Shown here piece by piece: positions 53,298 to 60,484 of a DNA stretch of 60,484 nt. This DNA comes from Candidatus Giovannonibacteria bacterium (GTDB lineage Bacteria; Patescibacteriota; Minisyncoccia; JACPKW01; UBA11713), in assembly GCA_023266875.1 (NCBI GenBank), contig JAHFOJ010000004.1:1-60484 (forward strand). The letters are read 5' to 3'. The position numbers and the translations under genes were made by a program. Position 1 is the first letter of the stretch. Each line of letters begins with the position of its first letter. The notes under the pieces are model-generated. The model was not told where the DNA came from. It was given only the letters and a program-made list of their open reading frames with translations, and made no database searches.

Positions 53298-54602
53298 ATG
53301 TTAGAAGTTGAAAATAAAAATAATAAAGTTAGTGAGCGGGTTTACCTAGATCATGCGGCGACCACGCCTGTCGATCCGCGTGTCATGAAAACAATGGAGC
53401 CTTTTTTGTCAGAGAATTTTGGCAATGCAGGAGGGCTTTATGAGGAAGGGAGGCGCGCAAAAGAATCGTTGCAAAATTCGCGAGAAATAATTGCGAAATT
53501 GATTGGCGCAAAGCCAGATGAGATAATTTTTACCTCTGGAGGAACGGAAGCCGATAATCTTGCGATTTTCGGCGTCGCTCGCGCCGCGGGTCTTAAAGGT
53601 CACATCATTACAACTGCGTTTGAACATCATGCTGTGCTTTTGCCAGCTCAAGAACTTTCACGCGATGGATTTGACGTTTCATATTTGCCGGTCGGCGAGG
53701 AAGGAATTATTAATCCGGAAGATGTTGGCCGTGCGTTACGGTCGGATACGGTTCTGGTTTCAATTATGCATGCGAATAATGAAATTGGGACAATTCAGCC
53801 GATTGCCCAGATTTCAAAAATTATCAAAAAACATCGCGAGGAAAATAAAACCAGTTATCCTTATTTCCATGCTGACGCCTGCCAGTCGGCTGGTTATCTG
53901 AATTTAAACGTTAATTCTATGTCTGGCGGATTAGGTGTTGATTTGATGAGTGTAAACGGCGGCAAAATTTACGGCCCAAAGGGCGTCGGATTTTTATACA
54001 AGCGTTCGGGCACAAGGATGCGCCCGATTATCTTCGGCGGGGGGCAGGAAGGTCGAATGCGCTCCGGCACCGAAGCCACGCCTTTAATTGCCGGCCTTGC
54101 GCGCGCTTTTGAAATTGCGCAATCCGAGCGCGAAGCTGAATCAAAACGGCTCATTGAGATTCGCGATTATTTTATATCGCGCTTGCTTAAAGAAATTCCA
54201 AAAACAGTTTTGAATGGCCACCAGACAAATCGCCTGCCGAATAATGTAAATGTTTCTATCTTAGATATAGAAGGAGAAGCGCTTGTACTCTATCTTGATG
54301 CCGAAGGAATTTCTTTTTCTACGGGCTCTGCTTGTACTTCAGAGTCGCTTGATCCTTCGCACGTTATTTTGGCCTTGGGAAAGCCCTATGAATTTGCGCA
54401 TTCATCCATGCGTTTTACATTAGGGCGATCAACTACGAAAGCGGATATTGATTATGTAATGGAGAAATTGCCGAAAACAGTCGAGTGGCTCCGCAAAGTA
54501 TCGCCGATCAGTGTAGATATGGATGCAAAATCAATGTCGCATCCCGAAGCTTTTGCTGGGGAGGGACTACGAGTTAAAGCTAAATCTAAAAGCTATAAAT
54601 GA
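53298..54602 (+). CDS. nifS: Cysteine desulfurase (NifS/IscS type)
   Basis: YLDHAATTP N-terminus, class V aminotransferase fold and the active-site loop STGSACTS. Confidence 0.92.
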   Translation: MLEVENKNNKVSERVYLDHAATTPVDPRVMKTMEPFLSENFGNAGGLYEEGRRAKESLQNSREIIAKLIGAKPDEIIFTSGGTEADNLAIFGVARAAGLKGHIITTAFEHHAVLLPAQELSRDGFDVSYLPVGEEGIINPEDVGRALRSDTVLVSIMHANNEIGTIQPIAQISKIIKKHREENKTSYPYFHADACQSAGYLNLNVNSMSGGLGVDLMSVNGGKIYGPKGVGFLYKRSGTRMRPIIFGGGQEGRMRSGTEATPLIAGLARAFEIAQSEREAESKRLIEIRDYFISRLLKEIPKTVLNGHQTNRLPNNVNVSILDIEGEALVLYLDAEGISFSTGSACTSESLDPSHVILALGKPYEFAHSSMRFTLGRSTTKADIDYVMEKLPKTVEWLRKVSPISVDMDAKSMSHPEAFAGEGLRVKAKSKSYK

Positions 54603-54790
54603 AAACATTAAATTTTATTTTTAATCAATTGTCGCTTGTGGTCGTGATTGCGGCAATTTTTATTATTCATTTTCGTTTTTACGAATTCGATTATCGTTTC
54701 ATTTTAATTTTAGTTGTGTCGCTTGCATTGATTAAAATCATGTCAGAATTTATTAATAAAAAAGCATATGGAAGAAACAAAAGCGCCTGA
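54599..54790 (+). CDS. Hypothetical small membrane protein
   Basis: 63-aa ORF with two hydrophobic segments, wedged between nifS and nifU. Confidence 0.35.
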   Translation: MKTLNFIFNQLSLVVVIAAIFIIHFRFYEFDYRFILILVVSLALIKIMSEFINKKAYGRNKSA

Positions 54791-55427
54791 GGTTATTAAT
54801 CAGTTCACGGGTGAAAAGTGGTATTACACAGATATAGTGAAAGATCATTTTTTTCATCCGCGAAATTTATTGTGGGAAAAGCCGGCACGAGATGATGAAT
54901 TTGACGCGCATGGGATGGTGGGGAGTCCGGCTTGCGGGGATATGATGGAGATGTGGATGAAAATTAATCCGGAAAATGAGAGAATAAAAGAGTTGAAGTG
55001 GAAAACATTCGGGTGCGCCTCCGCGATTGCGGCAACCTCGATGTATTCTGAGATGTTGACGGAAAATGAAGGGATGACGATGGCAGATGCGCTTAAAGTG
55101 AAGCCGCAGGATGTGATGCGCCGCCTTGGTGGGCTTCCAAACCGCAAAATCCATTGTTCTGTCTTGGCGGATAAAGCATTTCAAAAAACAGCGAATGATT
55201 ATTTTAGGAAAACCGGGCAAAATCAGAGGATTGTGATTGAAGGCGCGCGCGTGGTCGATCCGCGTCTCAATATTACCGATAAAGATATTGAGGAGGCGGT
55301 GCTTGAAGGCGCACAAACGCTTGAAGAAGTTCAGAAAAAATTAAAAGTTGGCGTCGGAGCTTCTGAAGAAGTGAAGACGGATGTCGAATCTTTGATAAGA
55401 TTCTATGCAGAAAAATATTATGGATAA
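54768..55427 (+). CDS. nifU: NifU/IscU-type Fe-S cluster scaffold protein
   Basis: IscU domain with the three conserved Cys (PACGD, FGCASAIA, HCSVLA) plus a C-terminal extension. Confidence 0.88.
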   Translation: MEETKAPEVINQFTGEKWYYTDIVKDHFFHPRNLLWEKPARDDEFDAHGMVGSPACGDMMEMWMKINPENERIKELKWKTFGCASAIAATSMYSEMLTENEGMTMADALKVKPQDVMRRLGGLPNRKIHCSVLADKAFQKTANDYFRKTGQNQRIVIEGARVVDPRLNITDKDIEEAVLEGAQTLEEVQKKLKVGVGASEEVKTDVESLIRFYAEKYYG

Positions 55428-55439
55428 ACTGGAGAAAGT

Positions 55440-55682
55440 ATGGCGGATTTGACCTCGACAAAAATTGCGAAAATTATGGTAGATCGGGAATTATGCATCG
55501 GCGCGGCTTCTTGTGTGGCAATCGCCCCGGGAGTTTTCGCTTTAGATGACGAAAACAAAGCGTATGTGCTTGACGCCGCAGGAGCGGATGACGAAACCAT
55601 TTTACTTGCTGCAGAATCTTGCCCCACTCGCGCGATTTTTTTATACGACAAAGACGGGAACCAGATTTACCCGCCCACCTAA
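55440..55682 (+). CDS. Small ferredoxin (single 4Fe-4S type)
   Basis: CIGAASC ... CP pattern of single-cluster ferredoxins. Confidence 0.75.
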   Translation: MADLTSTKIAKIMVDRELCIGAASCVAIAPGVFALDDENKAYVLDAAGADDETILLAAESCPTRAIFLYDKDGNQIYPPT

Positions 55683-55708
55683 TTTTGAAATTAGGTGGGC
55701 GGGTTTAT
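55670..55708 (+). terminator. Rho-independent terminator
   Basis: Perfect 15-bp stem CCCGCCCACCTAATT / AATTAGGTGGGCGGG with a TTGA loop, followed by TTTAT. It overlaps the ferredoxin stop. Confidence 0.8.
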
Positions 55709-55748
55709 CCTTAATTCGTATTAATTATTAATTAATTATTTAAAATTT

Positions 55749-56351
55749 ATGCCATACGAACCAAAAAATTTTGACCATCTTCTCGGCACTCCGGGATTTT
55801 CTGATCAGTTATTAAAAAATCATTTCGCGCTTTATCTGGGTTATGTGACGAATTTCAATAAACTAAACGATACTTTGGTGATGCTTGAACGAGAGGGCAA
55901 GTTTGGCGCGCCGGAATATGCCGAGCTTAACCGGCGTTTTGGCTGGGAGTTTAACGGGATGAGATTGCATGAGCTATATTTTGGCAATATGTCGAAAAGC
56001 GGCTCCGCGCCCGATCCAAAATCAGGATTTGGAGAAGCGATAACAAAAGAATGGGGCTCGCCTGAGCTCTGGAAAAAGGATTTCTTGGCAATGGGAATGA
56101 TGCGCGGAATCGGCTGGGTGGTTCTATATCACGACGAAACTACCGGGCATTTATTTAATGTATGGATAAATGAGCATGACATTGGGCACTTTGCCGGCTG
56201 CCGCCCGATTTTAGTGATGGATGTTTTTGAGCATGCATACATGCTTGATTACGGCATTAAGCGCGCAGATTATCTGGAAGCATTTTGGAAGTCAATTGAT
56301 TGGAATGAAACTGATAAACGTTTTCAACTTGGAAGTCCGGCTTCCAAGTGA
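55749..56351 (+). CDS. sod: Fe/Mn superoxide dismutase family protein
   Basis: Metal ligands are in the expected context (NH.., RLHELYF, DVFEHAYMLDY). The N-terminal helix deviates from the canonical HHxKHH. Confidence 0.78.
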   Translation: MPYEPKNFDHLLGTPGFSDQLLKNHFALYLGYVTNFNKLNDTLVMLEREGKFGAPEYAELNRRFGWEFNGMRLHELYFGNMSKSGSAPDPKSGFGEAITKEWGSPELWKKDFLAMGMMRGIGWVVLYHDETTGHLFNVWINEHDIGHFAGCRPILVMDVFEHAYMLDYGIKRADYLEAFWKSIDWNETDKRFQLGSPASK

Positions 56352-56361
56352 ATATATTCTT

Positions 56362-56589
56362 ATGATCGAAGAAAAAATAAAAAATATATTAGAGAAAGAA
56401 GTTAAACCAATGCTTGCCATGCACTTGGGTTCGCTTGATTTTGTGAGTTTTAGTGATGGCGTGCTGAGTGTGCGTCTTTTGGGCACTTGTAAGGGATGCC
56501 CTCTTTCTAATTTGACGCTGAAAGCTGGAATAGAAGAACTGTTGAGGTCTAAATTGTCGGAAGTAAAAAGCGTTCGCGCTCTAGAATAA
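56362..56589 (+). CDS. NifU C-terminal-domain (Nfu-like) protein
   Basis: 75 aa with the CKGCPLS (CxxC) motif and V.P.L..HgG...fv.f.dgvl.v.l.G.C.gC pattern. Confidence 0.8.
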   Translation: MIEEKIKNILEKEVKPMLAMHLGSLDFVSFSDGVLSVRLLGTCKGCPLSNLTLKAGIEELLRSKLSEVKSVRALE

Positions 56590-56591
56590 AT

Positions 56592-57659
56592 TTGTCAAAA
56601 AAAGAAATAGCAATTTATTTTTTGATAGCAATTATTTTTACTGCGACACTTTCTGCTCTAAGGTTTGCTGTGAGTAAAAACTATTATTTCGCGCCGATTA
56701 ATATTAATTCCGGTTTATTTAACAAGGTCCAAGAAAGTCCGAGAGTCGAAAATGATAAAAATAATAAAGCCACAGTAAGTGTTGGCACAACAAACCCTAA
56801 AGATAAGACAAAACCCACGGCGGATGAAAGTGCGGCTCTAAAGACACTTTCAAGCGAAATCGACTCGCTTAAAAGCGGCGTGGAAATTATAAAAAATAAT
56901 TTATTCTCTGCGAATAAACCTTCCATTCGCGGGGACGATCTTTATAATAAGGCGGTTTCCGGCGCGCTTATTAATATACTTTGCGAAGACCCTAAAGCTG
57001 GCAATTACATTTCGGGTTCTGGCGCCGTAGTGAGTAATGCCGGATATATTCTCACAAACGGCCACTTGGGCGTCTATTTTGGAAATACCGGGGTGACTTG
57101 CGAATTGCGCCGCGGCTCTCCCGCGCGCCCTTTTGCGAAAGCGCGTCTTGTTTTTCTTCCTGACCAGGCGAAAAAAATAGAAGGTACTTCCGTTCCGGCG
57201 AGCGATATCGCCATATTAAAAATCGAAAGGATGCTTCTCGGAGGCGCATCTTCCAGTTGGCCATATTTTGAGTTGGATCCAAACTATTCCGCAAAAGTTA
57301 ATGAATCTTTCTATTCGCTTGGCTATCCGACGGAATTTTTAGGCGCCCAAACCGCGCTTGTCGAGACCGACATATTACTAAGCGTCGGCGTGATCCGTGA
57401 ATTTGTCAGTGTTGATGGGGACTTTAAGAAGGCGGAGGGCGCGTATCTTGATGGTCAAGTTTCGGCTCAGCATGGCTCGTCCGGAGGAATTTTTCTTGAA
57501 ACAGGGAGTGGAAAGATAGCTGGATTATTCGTGGGGCTAACGGAAGGTAAAACTACTTCGGATCGGAAACAATTTATATTTTTGTCGTCTTATATAGATA
57601 GTATGGTTAGAGCCGAAAAAGGGCTCGGATTTAACGAATTTATCCAAACAAATCCTTGA
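56592..57659 (+). CDS. Trypsin-like serine protease, membrane-anchored
   Basis: TNGH, DIAILK and HGSSGG triad contexts. TTG start. Confidence 0.7.
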   Translation: MSKKEIAIYFLIAIIFTATLSALRFAVSKNYYFAPININSGLFNKVQESPRVENDKNNKATVSVGTTNPKDKTKPTADESAALKTLSSEIDSLKSGVEIIKNNLFSANKPSIRGDDLYNKAVSGALINILCEDPKAGNYISGSGAVVSNAGYILTNGHLGVYFGNTGVTCELRRGSPARPFAKARLVFLPDQAKKIEGTSVPASDIAILKIERMLLGGASSSWPYFELDPNYSAKVNESFYSLGYPTEFLGAQTALVETDILLSVGVIREFVSVDGDFKKAEGAYLDGQVSAQHGSSGGIFLETGSGKIAGLFVGLTEGKTTSDRKQFIFLSSYIDSMVRAEKGLGFNEFIQTNP

Positions 57660-57776
57660 CCATGCTAGAAGTTTCAAGTTTTGAAAAAATAAATGACAAT
57701 GCGACGATTGCATATGGCAACATATTTCTAACGTGGTTGATTTTTTAAATTTTTACAATTAAAATATCAATATAAA

Positions 57777-58997
57777 ATGGAAAATCTTACAAAAACTCAA
57801 TTTATTTTCCTAATTTTTTTAGTCTGTTTTATGACATCGATAGTGACCGGAATTGTCATCTATTCGCTCGTCTCGCAGAGTCCGCAAAGCGTTCCGCAGC
57901 TTGTCAGTGAAGTCATAAAAAGCGCGACGGGCCGTGAGCCTAAAGTTGTGTCTTTGCCATTGCCAAGCCAGGAAGAGCGGGTGGTAACGCTTGTCAAAAA
58001 CGTCACGCCTGCCGTGGTAAGTGTCATAGCTTCCAAAGATGTGCCCGTTATTGAACAATATTTTATAAATCCTTTCGGAAGCGATTTTTTTGGGTCTGAC
58101 TTTCTTGTTCCTCAATACAAGCAAAATGGAACAAAAAATCAGCAGGTTGGCGCCGGCACCGGATTTTTCGTTTCAAGCGACGGCTTGATTGTGACCAACC
58201 GTCATGTGGTTGAAGATTCATCCGCGGAATACACGGCGATTATGAACGATGGGAAAAAACTGCCCGCGAAAGTGGTGGCGAGGGATCCAATTCAGGATGT
58301 CGCTTTGCTCAAAGTCTCGGGAAATAATTTTTCTTATCTCCCGTTTGGCAATTCCGATAATCTTAATGTTGGCCAAAGCGTTGTGGCGATTGGAAATGCT
58401 TTAGGAGAATTTCAAAATACGGTATCGGTTGGCGTAATCTCGGGGCTGAGAAGGACGGTTACCGCATCGGGGGGGCAAACCGGCGCGGAAACGCTCCAGC
58501 AAGTTATCCAGACGGATGCCGCAATTAATCCCGGTAACTCTGGCGGTCCGCTTCTCGATCTTTCCGGGAAAGTTATTGGGATAAATATTGCGATAGCCCA
58601 AGGCGCTCAAAATGTCGGGTTCGCGCTGCCGGTAAATTTTATAAGGAAAGCCGTAAATGATGTTAAGAAATTCGGGAAAATTATATATCCTTTTATCGGA
58701 GTTCGGTATGTGATCGTCACTTCTGAATTGAAGCAGGAAAAAAATCTTTCAGTTGATTACGGCGCATTAATTATGGCGTCAGGCGCTAACGCCGCGATTA
58801 TGCCTGGATCTCCTGCGGAGAAGGCAGGTCTTAAATCTGGAGACATAATTCTCCAAATTAATGGAATTAAAGTTGATGAAAATAACACACTCGGGGATAT
58901 AACTTCCAAACAGAATGTCGGTGACAAAATAAATCTGAATGTCCTTCGCGACGGGAAAGAGATGGAAGTTGTTGTGACGCTGGAAGAAAGAAAATAG
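57777..58997 (+). CDS. htrA: HtrA/DegP-family serine protease with PDZ domain
   Basis: TNRHVV, DVALLKV and GNSGGPLL motifs, plus a C-terminal PDZ (GSPAEKAGLKSGDIILQING). Confidence 0.92.
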   Translation: MENLTKTQFIFLIFLVCFMTSIVTGIVIYSLVSQSPQSVPQLVSEVIKSATGREPKVVSLPLPSQEERVVTLVKNVTPAVVSVIASKDVPVIEQYFINPFGSDFFGSDFLVPQYKQNGTKNQQVGAGTGFFVSSDGLIVTNRHVVEDSSAEYTAIMNDGKKLPAKVVARDPIQDVALLKVSGNNFSYLPFGNSDNLNVGQSVVAIGNALGEFQNTVSVGVISGLRRTVTASGGQTGAETLQQVIQTDAAINPGNSGGPLLDLSGKVIGINIAIAQGAQNVGFALPVNFIRKAVNDVKKFGKIIYPFIGVRYVIVTSELKQEKNLSVDYGALIMASGANAAIMPGSPAEKAGLKSGDIILQINGIKVDENNTLGDITSKQNVGDKINLNVLRDGKEMEVVVTLEERK

Positions 58998-59058
58998 ATC
59001 TGGATTTTACTACAATTTATGCTAATATTGAACTAGTTACTAATTACATACTATTTCC

Positions 59059-60484
59059 ATGCCTCCTCCATTTCACAATTTTACAGTCAAGGCGCAAGAA
59101 GCAATAAGGCGCGCCCATGAGCTTGCAATCGAGCGCGGTCAAAATCAAATTGAACCGATGCATCTTCTTGCCGCTTTATTGCTTCAGGATGAGGGCGTGG
59201 TTACCGCAATTTTGGATAAGCTTGAAATAGATGTCGCGCTCGCGATCGATTCAGTGCTTGACCAGCTCGACGCCGGTTCGCGGTCGAATGTCATGATGCC
59301 TTCCCCGCAGATATATCTAACTCCAGAGCTTGGCAAGGCCTTGGAGGAAGCGCATAAGGCCGCCGTGTTTTTGAAGGATGAAAATATCTCACCGGAACAT
59401 TTATTTTTGGGGCTGATCGAAGCGCAAAGCCGAGCGAAAGATCTTCTCTCGCGTTTCAGAATCGACAAAGAAGCCGTGTTAAGAGTGCTCGCCGACGTGC
59501 GCGGTTCTTCTCGTGTCGCTGAAGTCGAATCCGAAGTTAAATTTCCGGTTCTCGAACGCTACGCCAAAAATTTAACGCGACTCGCGCGTCAGGATAAATT
59601 GGATCCGGTCATTGGCCGCGAAGACGAAATGCGCAGAGTAATGCAAGTTTTGCTCCGTCGCACGAAAAATAATCCTGTTTTGATCGGGGAGGCGGGTGTT
59701 GGAAAAACCGCTATAGCTGAAGGTCTTGCCAGAAAAATAGCAAAGGGCGATATCCCGGAGCTTTTGAAAGACAAGGAATTAATAGCGCTTGATCTGGGCT
59801 CGCTTGTCGCTGGGACCAAATATAGAGGAGAATTTGAGGAGCGCTTGAAGGGAGTCATGCGCGAAGTCGAAAGGGCTGCGGGCAAAATAATTCTTTTCAT
59901 TGATGAGCTTCATACCATTGTAGGAGCAGGGGCGGCCGAAGGAGCAATCGATGCTTCGAATATGCTAAAGCCCGCGCTCGCGCGAGGAGAGCTTCACGCC
60001 ATCGGAGCTACAACACTTAAAGAATATCAAAAGTATATAGAACGAGATCCGGCGCTCGCGCGCCGCTTCCAACCGGTTTATGTTGAAGAGCCATCCTTGG
60101 ACGACGCAACCAATATACTTCGAGGGCTTAAGGAAAAATATGAACTGCACCATGGCGTTAGAATCACCGATGAAGCGATTCAGGCCGCGGTTCATCTTTC
60201 AACACGCTACTTAACAGAGCGATTTTTGCCGGACAAAGCGGTTGATTTGATGGATGAAGCCGCGTCAGCGAGACGTCTTGAGCTAGACAGCATGCCAGAA
60301 GAACTTGAACGCGCTTCTGAAGAAATTATGAAGCTTGAAGTTGAGCGCGAAGCGTTGAAACAAGAGACCAAGCCGGCAGGCAAAACAAAGATCAAGCAAA
60401 TTCAGAAAGATATTGATGAATTGAAAGAAAAAACTCGGGGCGTCGAGCTAAAATGGAAAAATGAAAAAGACACGATCACAGCCA
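59059..60484 (+). CDS. clpB: ATP-dependent chaperone ClpB, N-terminal part (3' end outside the window)
   Basis: My own translation from ATG 59059 is open to the window end. It shows a Clp_N repeat, Walker [18 protein letters not shown] and the start of the middle coiled-coil. It is absent from the ORF track because no stop lies in the window. Confidence 0.9.
   Translation, partial: MPPPFHNFTVKAQEAIRRAHELAIERGQNQIEPMHLLAALLLQDEGVVTAILDKLEIDVALAIDSVLDQLDAGSRSNVMMPSPQIYLTPELGKALEEAHKAAVFLKDENISPEHLFLGLIEAQSRAKDLLSRFRIDKEAVLRVLADVRGSSRVAEVESEVKFPVLERYAKNLTRLARQDKLDPVIGREDEMRRVMQVLLRRTKNNPVLIGEAGVGKTAIAEGLARKIAKGDIPELLKDKELIALDLGSLVAGTKYRGEFEERLKGVMREVERAAGKIILFIDELHTIVGAGAAEGAIDASNMLKPALARGELHAIGATTLKEYQKYIERDPALARRFQPVYVEEPSLDDATNILRGLKEKYELHHGVRITDEAIQAAVHLSTRYLTERFLPDKAVDLMDEAASARRLELDSMPEELERASEEIMKLEVEREALKQETKPAGKTKIKQIQKDIDELKEKTRGVELKWKNEKDTITA

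Noticed and set aside
1-60484. Alternative genetic code (UGA as sense, as in some CPR lineages), CRISPR arrays and rRNA genes.
   Set aside because: Several well-delimited genes end at TGA (for example ftsK at 9108-9110 and the glycoside-hydrolase-like gene at 13460-13462), and conserved proteins need no TGA read-through. I saw no array of regularly spaced direct repeats and no rRNA-like sequence.

Overview
The window looks like a fragment of a small, gene-dense bacterial genome, probably a Candidate Phyla Radiation / Patescibacteria-type organism. That assignment is an inference from many short housekeeping proteins, a split transketolase, membrane-anchored hypothetical proteins and few Shine-Dalgarno sites. 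TGA is used as a stop codon. The core content is rpoB (3' part), rpoC, ftsK, recA, and a sugar-phosphate block (gap, rpiB, msrA, pyrG, fpg, rpe, split tkt, a PfkB kinase, fba). There is also a translation block (L25, prfA, rpmE, rpsB, tsf, tRNA-Thr), an Fe-S/redox block (Rrf2, nifS, nifU, ferredoxin, SOD, Nfu), two serine proteases and the 5' part of clpB. Accessory content: (1) a three-gene islet between rpoC and ftsK with its own consensus promoter and an excisionase-type HTH gene. (2) A visibly AT-richer envelope island with cysDN, a sulfatase-fold enzyme and CDP-alditol/teichoic-acid-like genes. (3) Next to it, the strongest candidate for a new system: a radical SAM/SPASM enzyme, a GT4 glycosyltransferase, a DUF692 (MNIO) enzyme translationally coupled to a small partner, and a divergent ORF that pairs a Sec-signal-like N-terminus with a C-terminal tail carrying seven Cys. 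This reads as an uncharacterised RiPP-like locus. (4) An AbiEii-type toxin pair. (5) A 1220-aa BNR-repeat surface protein. (6) A Y1 (IS200/RAYT-like) transposase bracketed by REP-like palindromes, one copy of which also lies inside its own CDS. Three short repeat families are visible. These are the RAYT palindrome, a GAAGTCGGACTTC palindrome found only inside ORFs, and CCCGTTAGAG/CTCTAACGGG inverted-repeat pairs bracketing unrelated cargo, including the tRNA-Thr. Many genes show TATAAT-N6-8-ATG spacing, which suggests leaderless mRNAs. All functional calls come from reading motifs in the supplied translations; no database search was run.
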